Shown: in pieces, positions 17,399 through 27,217 of the stretch
Layout: each line of letters opens with the position of its first letter
How positions within the stretch are numbered: the stretch's first letter is position 1
NCBI GenBank assembly: GCA_964571845.1
Contig: CAZNDM010000050.1
Coordinates: 11,676-75,675, forward strand
Source: an uncultured bacterium
GTDB taxonomy: Bacteria > Hydrothermota > Hydrothermia > B15-G9 > WFZT01
Direction: 5' to 3'
DNA length: 64,000 bases
Notes under the pieces: generated by a model
Databases searched by the model: none
Told to the model about the DNA's origin: nothing
What the model saw: only the letters and a program-made list of their open reading frames with translations
Program-made: the position numbers and the translations under genes

Positions 17399-19954
17399 AT
17401 GCTGATTTTCCTCATTACAATCCTATTTTCTCTGAATCAACAGGATGGATGGTTCTATTTATATACTCTCAGGGACACCATTTCGCCAGTCATAGAGGTG
17501 CCGGAGGAATCTGAAAGTGGCGAAAGTATTACACTTCGTGGATCAAAGACGATTTCAATCAGCACAGGATCTGATGGTGAATTGCAGATTCAGCAGGGAC
17601 TCAGATTAACAATTGATGGCAATATTGGAAAACTTGGAGAAATTCAGGGGGTGGTAAATGATAACAGCGACGCCCCGACCGGTGTGGTTTCGAGAACCCT
17701 GTCTGGATTTAGCGAGATTTATTTAAAATACCTTTATCGAAATTTCACCTGGAGTTTTGGGAAGATAAACCTCACAACCGATTATTACTCGTCTCCCATG
17801 CTTGGTGGTATGATGGAATACAGGGGCGAAGATTCTGATATAAAATTCGCCTACGGAGAAGTGCCGGGGGTGTACAGAATACGCACATTTACAGGGATTA
17901 CAAACCCGGCTCTACCTTTGAAGATAACTGACAATGGAGAACAGATCGTCAGTGGCACTATCCGGGTTTATCTGAATGGAAACCCCTTAAAGGAGAACAA
18001 AGATTTCAGTGTGGACTACATAACTGGCACCGTATACTTCTTACCCGGAGTTGAAATAAAACCAGATGACAGGCTCAGGGTCGAATATATTTCCAGCGAA
18101 TCTTTTGGCAGAAAATGGCTTACAGGTGTAAACCTGAGTTTACGGAAGGAATTCTATTCCCTGAATTTAAACTTTATTCAGGAGGCGGATGACAGAGCCT
18201 ACTGGCTCGATAATCTTGGAAGTGAAGCAATTGATTCACTCAAAGACAAAGAAGGTAGAGTTATGATCCCTGCGTGGAGATTCGTCGGGGAGGGCCAGGG
18301 AGATTATGACCTTTTGGATAGTATTTTTGTCTATAGAGGTGAAGGGGAAGGGAGTTATTCAGTTAGTTTCACTTATGTGGGGCTTGGTAAAGGAGACTAC
18401 AGGTTTAACGACGCTGGAGGATTTTTTTACTTTGCAGGTAAAGGTATGGGTGATTATACTCCTTTCATCACAATAACTCCTCCATTGAGAAGAAGGAAAA
18501 TTCTTATCAACTCCAGCTTGAAACGGGGAGGTTTTGTACTCAAGGGAGGGACCTACATAAGTCTTTTGAAGAAAAATCTTTTTTCAAATTCACCGGAAAG
18601 CCAGAATTTGGACGGATTTGCAGGACTGGAGTACAGGAGTAGAGCCCTATCATGGAAACTACTGGCGTTTCAAACTGATTCCGTAGGGTTTTATCTTGCA
18701 GATGACCTTGAAGATCAAAGAGGAAGAGGATTTTTGGGAGCTTTTACTGTTAAAAAATTTAAGAACCTGGAACCCGGGATCGAATATTCAAAGTCAGACG
18801 AAGCAACGAAGTTAAAGTTATGGCTGCGGGGTAGATCTTATAGAATTTATTATGAAAAATCAGATTCCACAGAAAAATATGGTGGAAAGGTTTTATTTTC
18901 TGCCGGAGCAGTAAGGGCTTATTTCGGCGGAGAGAGATTTTATTCAGAAATAGCGTATGATCAGATTTATGGAGGTGCTAGCTATGTCCCATATCTGACG
19001 CTCAAGACTTCAAGGAAATTTTTCTACGATGGGAAGGTGGAGGATGATCTCAATGTGAATTTCCAGAACGAGAATTTGACCCTGGGTTATAGACTGATAA
19101 AAACTTCACCCGGTGATTCCCTATTTCAATCTATCCTGTGTGATTATTCTGGTTTTACCCAAAACATCGGATACTCACTCAGGTTTCGTTATAGAGAGGA
19201 TTTGCAGAAGGATGTATCCTTCAGATACATCTATGTTGGTGATGGCAACGGTAATTATTCTTACGATTCGACGAGCGGAAGATTTTATCGGGATCCCCTT
19301 GGTAGTTATGAGAGACAGGTGATGTACAGTGGCCAGGATGCTGGCATAAAGAGCCTTTTCGGGGATCTGGCACTAAACATATCGAGACTTTCCCTCAAAT
19401 TTTCGGGCACGATCAAATTTTCTAATAAAGTTACATCCAGGCAGGAAAATTTCTACCTTACTTATTCCGACAATAGATTTTATGGTAATTTCACAAAAGT
19501 TTTTGACTATCATCTCGATGAGGAGAATGTTTTTGAAGATGGAACGGCAGAGTACAGACATGGACAGTTAATTCCGGGTATCAGGTATATACGAAGTGGT
19601 GGAACGGAAATGACGGATGACAGATACATCGAGATCTACGGAAAATTCAGACATAGAAAACTTCAGTTGAAGTTGGGAAGTTTCTTCAGACCTTCGTATC
19701 CTCCGGGTCTGAGTGCAGGATTTAGCTTAGGAAGAGAAATTCTGTCAGGTTTTTTTCAAGCAAACCTGGATTTTAGCTATGTCTCTGCTGCTCCTGCTGG
19801 GGCTTTTCCTCCAGAAGGTATGTCTTTCATGTATTCATTAAATTATTCTCACAGGTTTTTGGCAAGCACAGGAGGAAACCTTGAATTACGCGGGAGAAAG
19901 CAGAAGGGAAGACACATCTACACACTCAGGTTTTCACTTTCCATTGAGTTTTAA
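17399..19954 (+). CDS. Large outer-membrane beta-barrel-like hypothetical protein
   Basis: 851 aa with an N-terminal hydrophobic signal. Very rich in Y/G/S/D/N beta-strand patterns. C-terminal '...RFSLSIEF' ends in Phe, the OMP beta-signal. Divergent from the exopolysaccharide operon by only 42 bp. Confidence 0.5.
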   Translation: MLIFLITILFSLNQQDGWFYLYTLRDTISPVIEVPEESESGESITLRGSKTISISTGSDGELQIQQGLRLTIDGNIGKLGEIQGVVNDNSDAPTGVVSRTLSGFSEIYLKYLYRNFTWSFGKINLTTDYYSSPMLGGMMEYRGEDSDIKFAYGEVPGVYRIRTFTGITNPALPLKITDNGEQIVSGTIRVYLNGNPLKENKDFSVDYITGTVYFLPGVEIKPDDRLRVEYISSESFGRKWLTGVNLSLRKEFYSLNLNFIQEADDRAYWLDNLGSEAIDSLKDKEGRVMIPAWRFVGEGQGDYDLLDSIFVYRGEGEGSYSVSFTYVGLGKGDYRFNDAGGFFYFAGKGMGDYTPFITITPPLRRRKILINSSLKRGGFVLKGGTYISLLKKNLFSNSPESQNLDGFAGLEYRSRALSWKLLAFQTDSVGFYLADDLEDQRGRGFLGAFTVKKFKNLEPGIEYSKSDEATKLKLWLRGRSYRIYYEKSDSTEKYGGKVLFSAGAVRAYFGGERFYSEIAYDQIYGGASYVPYLTLKTSRKFFYDGKVEDDLNVNFQNENLTLGYRLIKTSPGDSLFQSILCDYSGFTQNIGYSLRFRYREDLQKDVSFRYIYVGDGNGNYSYDSTSGRFYRDPLGSYERQVMYSGQDAGIKSLFGDLALNISRLSLKFSGTIKFSNKVTSRQENFYLTYSDNRFYGNFTKVFDYHLDEENVFEDGTAEYRHGQLIPGIRYIRSGGTEMTDDRYIEIYGKFRHRKLQLKLGSFFRPSYPPGLSAGFSLGREILSGFFQANLDFSYVSAAPAGAFPPEGMSFMYSLNYSHRFLASTGGNLELRGRKQKGRHIYTLRFSLSIEF

Positions 19955-20923
19955 TAAGAATTTCTCGAACTTTTCAAAGACCTCTTTGGCAGTCAGTTTG
20001 TGGATGCAATCGAATGTGCCCAGGGGACACTTCTTTCTCCAGCATGGTTGACATGGAAGACCTTTGTATGCAAAGGAATGATGGGGGTATGGTGGAGTCC
20101 AGGCTTCTGGTAACTCTGTAAAGAACAGGGCAAAAGTTGGTGTCCCCTGGCTGACAGCTATGTGCTTTGGTCCTGAATCTGAACCGAAGAAGACACCGGC
20201 AAGTTTCATCAATGCTCCGAGCTCGTGCAAACTTTTTGTTGGAGGAGCAACTTTTAGCCCTTTTGCGCACTCGAAAATGGCGGCGTGAGTACGGGGATTG
20301 TCATTTATCAGTAAAACGGGTATTTTGAATTTTCTCATTACAAGATTAAAAAATTCACAGTATTTTTCCGGTTCCCAGGCCCTGTGAGGTAGATCCAGTC
20401 TGATGTGAGAGACCATGAAAAACCCGGTTACTCCCATTTTCCTGATTTTTTCGTTCATGTGATCAATGTAATGACCCGGGATGGGAAACTCTGTTTCAAT
20501 GGGGACTTCCATTGGATCTATACCAAGGGGCCTTAAAAACTCGAGTCTATGATAAACCGTGTAGTGAATTTTACCAAAAGGGGGATTTATGGCTACATTG
20601 TAGTATCTGATCTTTCCGGGTTTGTGGATTGCGAATACATATTTTGCTCCTGATAACCTGGCTGATATTGCCGATGTGAGATTACCTTTAAGATCCATGA
20701 AAATAGACGGTTTAAAGCGTCTGATAGAGATGATATTTTTTGTGCTGAAGAGAACGGGTGTTACCCTTTTATTGTACTCAAGAATCTGAATTGCAGGATG
20801 TCTTGAGATATAAATGATTCTGAAATGTGGAAATCTTTCGTTCAGTGCTCTTATTAATGGAGTGTCGAGGAGGGTGTCACCAATTGCCCCCGGTCTGAAA
20901 ATTACGATACTTTCTACATCCAC
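19934..20923 (-). CDS. Family 9 glycosyltransferase (ADP-heptose:LPS heptosyltransferase-like)
   Basis: 'VIFRPGAIGDTLLDTPLIRAL' at the N-terminus and 'GSDSGPKHIAVSQGTPTFALF' are GT9 signatures. C-terminal Cys cluster 'CQPCWRKKCPLGTFDC' as in WaaF-type enzymes. Confidence 0.8.
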   Translation of the reverse strand: MDVESIVIFRPGAIGDTLLDTPLIRALNERFPHFRIIYISRHPAIQILEYNKRVTPVLFSTKNIISIRRFKPSIFMDLKGNLTSAISARLSGAKYVFAIHKPGKIRYYNVAINPPFGKIHYTVYHRLEFLRPLGIDPMEVPIETEFPIPGHYIDHMNEKIRKMGVTGFFMVSHIRLDLPHRAWEPEKYCEFFNLVMRKFKIPVLLINDNPRTHAAIFECAKGLKVAPPTKSLHELGALMKLAGVFFGSDSGPKHIAVSQGTPTFALFFTELPEAWTPPYPHHSFAYKGLPCQPCWRKKCPLGTFDCIHKLTAKEVFEKFEKFLLKLNGK

Positions 20924-20926
20924 CTT

Positions 20927-22555
20927 TCAGAAAAATCTTTTCCAGTTTTTCATTAGATTGAAAATCGAGGTCGTCTTTTTGAGTTTACCAAAAAATGGTA
21001 GCATCTTGAGGAGATACTTAATTTTCCCGTGTCCGTACATCGCGTGAACAGATAATCTGGCAACGGAGAACAGCTCTTCATCGTATGGATACCACCAGAG
21101 CTGGGATGTGCGGTTATTAAAGTCTTCGCTAACAAACTTGATATTTGTAAGCTCGAGCAGGCCGAACCTCCCATGAGTTCTGCCTATTCCTGAGTCTTTA
21201 ACTCCGCCCCATGCCCCTTCAGGCTCTCCAAAGCTGAAGACATGGTCGTTTATGGTTACTGTCCCTGTGTTAAGTTTTTCTGCCAATTTTCTTGCAAGAG
21301 AAACATCCCGAGTCCAGATTGATGCCGTTAGACCGTATCTCGAATCGTTAGCAAGTTCAATTGCCTCATCAATTGTTGAAAATTTCATTACAGGTAAAAC
21401 AGGTCCAAAGGTCTCATCCTGCATGACGATCATGTTGTGGTTCACTCCCGTAAGGATTGTTGGCTGGAGGAAAAATCCACGATCACCTGTCCTTTTGCCG
21501 CCAAATACGATTCTGGCTCCTTTTTCAACGGCATCCTCTATGTGCGCTTCAACAAGCATTCTCTGTGATTCGGTTGTCATCGGACCCATCTCGGTGTCAG
21601 GATCAAGGGGATCTCCGACCTTTAGACCCTGCGTGAACGATACTATCCCATCGAGTAGGGTGTCATAAATTTTCTCATGCACATAGAGCCTCTCTATTGA
21701 TGCGCAGGTCTGCCCCGCATTCATAAACGCTCCCCAGGCAATTCCTCTTATCGCCCTCTCTATGTCCGCATCCTCAAGCACAATGGCAGGATCTTTGCCT
21801 CCAAGTTCCAGGATCACCTTTTTAAGGCCTTCAGAAGCAAGAGACATGACTCGCTTGCCAGTTTCGACCGATCCTGTGAATAAAATGATCCTTGTATCGG
21901 GATGTTTAATAACAGCTTCTCCCACTGAGGATCTGCCAGTTAAGACATTAACAAGTCCGGGAGGCGCTCCCGCTTCGTCAAAGATAGCAGCGATGGAAAG
22001 GCCTATAGCGGATGTCGTTGAAGATGGTTTTAGCACGACTGTATTACCAGTGAAGATACTGGCAATTATGTCAAGAAAAGGGATGATAAAGGGATAGTTC
22101 CAGGGTGAAATCACACCAACGACTCCCACGGGGTCAAATCTGTAGTATCCTTTTTTGTCCCTGAAAAGGACCTGCCAGTATTTGATTTTGAGTTCTTCGA
22201 GATACACCCTGCCACGATTTACATAAAAGTCGAGCGCATCAATGGAGGGCAAGACTTCCACTGTGAGGGCTTCGGAGATCGGTTTTCCCTGCTCCTCGGC
22301 TATTATCCTGGCTATATCTTCGCTTCTCGAAATCAGTACATCTTTTACACTTCTGAGCAGACTCTCTCTTTCATCAAATGTTGTCTCTTTCCACTTTTTG
22401 AAAAAGGATGAAGCGGCACTGAATGCCTCCTCAATTAGGGAATCATTAACTGCGTCTATCTCGAGGAGAGTCTCTCCTGTTGATGGATTCAGGGATTTAA
22501 AACTTTCCCCCGTTGACACCCATTTTCCATTTATGTATGGCTTTGTCAGTTCCAT
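20927..22555 (-). CDS. NAD(P)-dependent aldehyde dehydrogenase family protein
   Basis: 542 aa. 'ELGGKDP' catalytic Glu region and 'GQTCASIERLYV' catalytic Cys motif. Extra ~60-aa C-terminal extension. Confidence 0.85.
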   Translation of the reverse strand: MELTKPYINGKWVSTGESFKSLNPSTGETLLEIDAVNDSLIEEAFSAASSFFKKWKETTFDERESLLRSVKDVLISRSEDIARIIAEEQGKPISEALTVEVLPSIDALDFYVNRGRVYLEELKIKYWQVLFRDKKGYYRFDPVGVVGVISPWNYPFIIPFLDIIASIFTGNTVVLKPSSTTSAIGLSIAAIFDEAGAPPGLVNVLTGRSSVGEAVIKHPDTRIILFTGSVETGKRVMSLASEGLKKVILELGGKDPAIVLEDADIERAIRGIAWGAFMNAGQTCASIERLYVHEKIYDTLLDGIVSFTQGLKVGDPLDPDTEMGPMTTESQRMLVEAHIEDAVEKGARIVFGGKRTGDRGFFLQPTILTGVNHNMIVMQDETFGPVLPVMKFSTIDEAIELANDSRYGLTASIWTRDVSLARKLAEKLNTGTVTINDHVFSFGEPEGAWGGVKDSGIGRTHGRFGLLELTNIKFVSEDFNNRTSQLWWYPYDEELFSVARLSVHAMYGHGKIKYLLKMLPFFGKLKKTTSIFNLMKNWKRFF

Positions 22556-22556
22556 T

Positions 22557-23627
22557 TTAAAATTTCCTCATCTCAGGGTTTTTGTAGTTTTTAAGGAAGA
22601 AATTGACAATGTTGTCAATGTAAGATGTGAGTGGTGGAACCCTGATTCCAAGCGGTCCCAGGTCTTCTAAGGTGTTTGAGGAGTCATAGTGGACCTTGTG
22701 TACAAAATAGGGGGTCGCTTCATATGGGACGCCAAAGACTCTGGCGAGCGGCCTTATTCTCAAAAATGCCTGAACGAGACTGAGGGGTATTTCCCCGTGA
22801 GGTTCCTTTCCCCTGATTTTTATTGAAAACAATTTGTAGAGTTCTCGCGCCGTTAAAGGTGCAGGATCTGTAAGGTGATAAGTTTTGCCCGTTGATTTAT
22901 TAAGTCCTGTAAGTTCTACAGTTGCCTTCACGATGAAATCTACCGGCACGAGATTGACCTCTGCATCACCTTTTCCCATGTATGGGAGGGGAATAAAACG
23001 AGGGACTCTTTTGAAGAATACCATAACATAATACGGTCCATCAAACTTGTCTGTTTCTCCGGTCTGTGAATCTCCGATCACGATGCCCGGTCTGATTATC
23101 ACAATGGGCAGGTCCCCTAATCTTTCTCTGACCTCTTTTTCTGCAAGAAACTTTGTGTACTCATAATGGTTTTTGAAAGATTGCCCCTTATCGAGCTCGT
23201 CTTCGTAAACAGTCCCTGTCCGCTTGCCAGATACATACGCGGTTGAGAAGTACACAAATTTCTCAAGAAAGGGGAGATTGTCGGCAAAATTCAAAACATT
23301 TTTGGTGCCCTCGACATTCACCCTGTATGCAGGATCGAATTCGACTGTCAGATCATAAATGGCTGCAAGGTGGAACAGATGAGTTATCCTGGGCTTGATT
23401 TCTTTGAATTTCGATGGTTCCAGTTTGAGATTCTGTGCCGTGATGTCTCCGGGTATCAATTCAATCCTGTCTCGAAACGGGAATTTCAGAATCTCCTCTT
23501 TTGCCCTGTTTAGCATTCGCTGTTCTACCAGAAGAAAAATCTTCTCATAATCAAATTTTTCCTGGAGTGAATTGATGAGTCTTTTACCTATGAATCCGGG
23601 AAAGCCTGTTAAGAACAAAGCGCCCAT
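22557..23627 (-). CDS. NAD-dependent epimerase/dehydratase-family SDR (thioester/acyl-reductase-like)
   Basis: N-terminal Rossmann 'LFLTGFPGFIGKRL' resembles the NAD_binding_4 (fatty acyl reductase) motif. 356 aa. Immediately upstream of ALDH, with a 1-bp gap. Confidence 0.65.
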   Translation of the reverse strand: MGALFLTGFPGFIGKRLINSLQEKFDYEKIFLLVEQRMLNRAKEEILKFPFRDRIELIPGDITAQNLKLEPSKFKEIKPRITHLFHLAAIYDLTVEFDPAYRVNVEGTKNVLNFADNLPFLEKFVYFSTAYVSGKRTGTVYEDELDKGQSFKNHYEYTKFLAEKEVRERLGDLPIVIIRPGIVIGDSQTGETDKFDGPYYVMVFFKRVPRFIPLPYMGKGDAEVNLVPVDFIVKATVELTGLNKSTGKTYHLTDPAPLTARELYKLFSIKIRGKEPHGEIPLSLVQAFLRIRPLARVFGVPYEATPYFVHKVHYDSSNTLEDLGPLGIRVPPLTSYIDNIVNFFLKNYKNPEMRKF

Positions 23628-23711
23628 ACTTTTATTATAGGGTGTGCCCCGAAATTTTCCATTGTTTTGTGTTAAACCATTGGGGGATTTTTAATGCATA
23701 GTAACCTTCGG

Positions 23712-24767
23712 TTACTTTTTGATTTTATCCCAGCCTCCCGCTTTTTGTATGTAGCCCTCATCTATATAAATTCTTCTGCCGCGGACCTGGAATTTGACGG
23801 GGAGAAATTTTTCTGTAACCATGATGTTTGTCTGTGTGTGTTTGGTAACTTTACTGACAACGATTTCACCACCTGCAAGGGCGATGAGGGGTATGATGTT
23901 GTCTTGGAGGTGTATATCAACTGTTGCACCAGAGTTGAGTTCGTGAATGAGGTTCTTCGCCGCCTCCTGACCAATTTTTTCAGCGGGTACCCCAAGTTTT
24001 CCAATATTGTCAGATCCTATAATGGCTCCGGAACTGAATTGAGCGTACGCAAGAATAGAGCATCCCGGAGTTAAGCTCTCCTCATAATGGATTACTTCGA
24101 TCGGGTTGAATTTTTTGAGGATTTCTCTTGCCCCTTTAAGCTGTCTTTCTGCGACATTTCTCTTTTTTAACTTGGTTGAGGACACAGAAATGATTTTGAC
24201 AAATTCGAGTTTTCCCTGTTCCGTGAGTAGTATTGGCTTGATTTTTAGGGAACTTGTGGGATAAACCTCGACTTCTACTATTCCACCTCCTGCAGGGTAA
24301 TAACCCCTCCGTCGAACTCTGACTTCTATTTTCTTTGAAAATCTTTCAACGAAGGGTTGGTAAATATATCGAAGGTAATCGATGGTCATTCCGCCGGGAA
24401 CATCTGTACCGCCAATAATGGTAAGTTTTGACGGTTTTTCTGCAAGTGTTAATGTGGGCAAAAGAGTCTGAAGTACGAGGGTGATGCTACCTGCAGTATG
24501 GATATCCAGTTTGAGATTACCACCTAAAACTCTGCCAGGGTGAAATTCAAGCTCGGTGCTGTTCAGTTTGTCCCCCTTGGCATCTGATTCTGTGATCTGT
24601 TTCAGGGCTCTTATGATGGATAGATGTTGCATTTTCAGACCCGGGTTTTTGCGGGATGCCCTGATATTGTGGATTCTAAAAGGCTTACCTGTGAGAAGTG
24701 AGAGAAATAAGGCTGTTCTGACAATTTGACCTCCGCCCTCACCGTATGAGCCATCAATCTTGATCAT
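23712..24767 (-). CDS. rtcA: RNA 3'-terminal phosphate cyclase
   Basis: 351 aa. 'IDGSYGEGGGQIVRTALFLSLLTGKPFRIHNIRASRKNPGL' matches the RtcA N-terminus. Confidence 0.85.
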   Translation of the reverse strand: MIKIDGSYGEGGGQIVRTALFLSLLTGKPFRIHNIRASRKNPGLKMQHLSIIRALKQITESDAKGDKLNSTELEFHPGRVLGGNLKLDIHTAGSITLVLQTLLPTLTLAEKPSKLTIIGGTDVPGGMTIDYLRYIYQPFVERFSKKIEVRVRRRGYYPAGGGIVEVEVYPTSSLKIKPILLTEQGKLEFVKIISVSSTKLKKRNVAERQLKGAREILKKFNPIEVIHYEESLTPGCSILAYAQFSSGAIIGSDNIGKLGVPAEKIGQEAAKNLIHELNSGATVDIHLQDNIIPLIALAGGEIVVSKVTKHTQTNIMVTEKFLPVKFQVRGRRIYIDEGYIQKAGGWDKIKK

Positions 24768-25408
24768 AGAGGATAAATTATACCTTAATCGAAGGTGCTC
24801 GAAAAATATTTTTCATTAATTGTTTTGAGGAAAAACTCTCTTTTTTCTTCTGTTTCGGGAATACCACTCTGGATATCCATACTATGGGCACAACTTTGGT
24901 CTCGCTTTTTACTGTAGCGAAAAGGCTCCCGGAGTCTTCCTCCATTTGATAAAAAGCAGTGTAAAAGTTTTTGGGTGTTCTCCACACTCTGCGGAAGGCA
25001 AATTCACCCACTCTTATCTCGCCCTACGATGAGCTTACCCGAAAACCTCCCACCGTTCGCATGAGAGTTAACCCAATGTCTCCCCTTCGGCTTTTCGGGA
25101 AACCATTCTACAACTTCACCCATCATGAAAAGGAAAGGGTTATCCTCACAATCACTCTTCCGTTTAGTGGAGGGATTACATAAAATCTCTCCTCCCTCGA
25201 AATAGATGGATTTCTCCACAAACTTTCCCTCCCGCCTTGTGTGAAAGACCACTTACCACCTCTTCTCCCATGTGGTGTGACGGCTCACCTTCAACCTTCT
25301 ATCCCAAGAAATGGGAGCGTTCATCTATGGCTTCCCCTTCCAAGAGGTGGAGGATTGAGGGGATGGGAACGAAAGCACTCTATGCTCTCCCCGGTCTAAT
25401 CTGTTCTT

Positions 25409-25880
25409 TCTGCCCCCTCCTTAATCCTCCCCCGCTTCGCGGGGGAGGAGATTGAGGGAAAATCCCCCACGAAGCGGGGGAGGAGATTGACGGGAAATTT
25501 CTCGCGAAGTGGGGAGGAGTTTGGAGGAAATTCTTCTGCGAAGCGAGGGAAGAGGATTGACAGAAAGTCTCCCATGAAGCGGGGGAGGAGGAAGACGAAA
25601 AATCTCTCGCGAAGTGGGGGAGAGGATTGATGAGAAGTTTCTCGCGAAGTGAGGGAGAAGAATGGTGTAAAACTCCCGTGAAGCAGAGGAGGGGATTGAT
25701 GTAAAATCTTCTGCATGGTGAAGGAGGGGTTTGAAGGAAAAACCCTCGAAAAGCAGGGGGAAGATTTTGTCGAGTCTCCTCTACCACAGCGTTAACATAC
25801 TACAGGGACAGGGTTGAGGGGATCTCCCCGCATTGCGAGAGAGGGATTGGCGGAAAATCATCCGCACTTAGGGGGAGGCG
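25409..25880. repeat. GC-rich palindromic element followed by a degenerate ~35-bp tandem repeat array (~9 units)
   Basis: Near-perfect ~47-bp palindrome 'ccctccttaatcctcccccgc-ttcg-cgggggaggagattgaggg' at 25413..25459. Then head-to-tail units such as 'gaagcgggggaggagattgacgggaaatttctcgc', each an imperfect 'yctcyc-GAAG-ygggggag' hairpin plus 'gaggattga' and a variable tail. Confidence 0.7.
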
Positions 25881-26007
25881 GTGGAGGAGGTTAAAAGATG
25901 CATTCATACTTTTTCCAAAAGCCTTTTTGATCGACCCTCCTTCCTGCTGTTAACAATCGTTGTCGTATGCAATAAAATAGTGTGATATACACTTCGGGAG
26001 GAAAGAT

Positions 26008-27207
26008 ATGGGATTTTTCATTGCTGGTGAGGACGAGATAAAAAAGGGTCGTACAACCGATGTCTATTTCACACGGACGGAGAGGATTTTAAAGGAAAAG
26101 AACATTCACAATGTTTCTGTAGCCGAATTCACAGTCTCAAGTCTCCCTGATGGGTACAAATGGGCGATTTTTGGAGGACTTGAGGAAACTGTTGAGCTTT
26201 TGAAAGGAAGAAACATTGACCTTTACGCATTCCCTGAAGGCACTCTCTTCAGATCGAGAGATGTGAACGGAGTTCTCGTCCCTGTAATGTACATCGTAGG
26301 TGATTATGTGGAGTACGCCATTTATGAGACCCCTGTTCTTGGTTTCCTTTGTCAGACAACAGGGGTGATGACGAAGTCGGCGAGAGTTAGAATAGCAGCC
26401 GGTGACTCTCTCGTTCTATCGTTTGGCATAAGAAGGATGCATCCGGCTCTTGCGCCCATGATTGATAGAGCAGCGTATATTGGAGGATGTGATGGGGTAT
26501 CCAGCATTATTGGAGCTGAAACTATTGGGCAGCCACCAAAGGGAACGATGCCCCACGCTCTCATGATCACAATGGGTGAAGATGAAGCCTGGAAAGCTTA
26601 TGACGAACTTATGCCACCAGAAGTCCCGAGAATAGCTTTGATTGACACTTTTGGTGATGAAAAGTTTGAAGCAGTTAAAGCCGCCGAGATATTCAAAAAC
26701 CTGCAGGCTGTTAGACTGGACACTCCGGGATCAAGGCGAGGCAATTTCCCGGCAATTATCAGAGAAGTCAGGTGGGAGCTTGACATTAGAGGTTACAGCC
26801 ATGTAGGTATATTTGTTTCTGGTGGACTTGATGAGAACACTATTCCGGAACTCAAGAAAGCAGGTGCCACGGGATTCGGGGTGGGTACATCCATTTCCAA
26901 TGCCCCAACTGTTGACTTTGCAATGGATATAGTTGAAATTGATGGAAAGCCTGCTGCAAAGAGGGGAAAATTCAGTGGCAGAAAAGATACCTACAGGTGT
27001 TCTGATTGTTACTCATTTGTAAATGTTAAGCACGGAGAAAAACCACCGGAGAAATGTCCAGTGTGTGGTGGAAAGCTTGAACTGATGCATAAAAAGATCC
27101 TTGAAAAAGGAGAACCTGTCGCTGATCTCCCCGATGTTGACACCATCCGTAAATATGTGCTTGACCAGCTTGCTCACATTTCTAAAATTGACGAAAATCC
27201 ACTTTGA
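26008..27207 (+). CDS. pncB: Nicotinate phosphoribosyltransferase (archaeal/thermophile-type) with C-terminal zinc-ribbon
   Basis: 'FIAGEDEIKKGRTTDVYFTRTERILKEKN' N-terminus typical of this NAPRTase family. C-terminal 'CSDCYSF...CPVCGG' CxxC...CxxC motif. Confidence 0.75.
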   Translation: MGFFIAGEDEIKKGRTTDVYFTRTERILKEKNIHNVSVAEFTVSSLPDGYKWAIFGGLEETVELLKGRNIDLYAFPEGTLFRSRDVNGVLVPVMYIVGDYVEYAIYETPVLGFLCQTTGVMTKSARVRIAAGDSLVLSFGIRRMHPALAPMIDRAAYIGGCDGVSSIIGAETIGQPPKGTMPHALMITMGEDEAWKAYDELMPPEVPRIALIDTFGDEKFEAVKAAEIFKNLQAVRLDTPGSRRGNFPAIIREVRWELDIRGYSHVGIFVSGGLDENTIPELKKAGATGFGVGTSISNAPTVDFAMDIVEIDGKPAAKRGKFSGRKDTYRCSDCYSFVNVKHGEKPPEKCPVCGGKLELMHKKILEKGEPVADLPDVDTIRKYVLDQLAHISKIDENPL

Positions 27208-27217
27208 GAGGTAATGG

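Noticed and set aside
24768-25380. Possible gene remnant or ncRNA in the rtcA-NAPRTase divergent spacer (track ORFs 24971..25183 +, 25004..25252 -)
   Set aside because: There are no recognisable motifs, no RBS and conflicting overlapping frames. A small inverted repeat 'cccgaaaa...ttttcggg' (25041..25100) is noted, but no family assignment is possible. Left as unannotated.
25380-25787. Track ORFs 25380..25787 (-) and 25396..25716 (-) with repetitive 'SPASW/FARNFP' translations
   Set aside because: They lie entirely within the GC-rich tandem array. The open frames are a by-product of stop-codon depletion in the repeat. No start context or RBS.
25431-25790. Possible CRISPR array (regularly spaced GC-rich repeats)
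   Set aside because: Period is only ~35 bp, against the ~60-75 bp expected for a repeat plus spacer. The 'repeat' portions are degenerate rather than identical, and the 'spacers' are ~10-15 nt. No cas genes or leader are present. It is better explained as tandem amplification of the local palindromic element.
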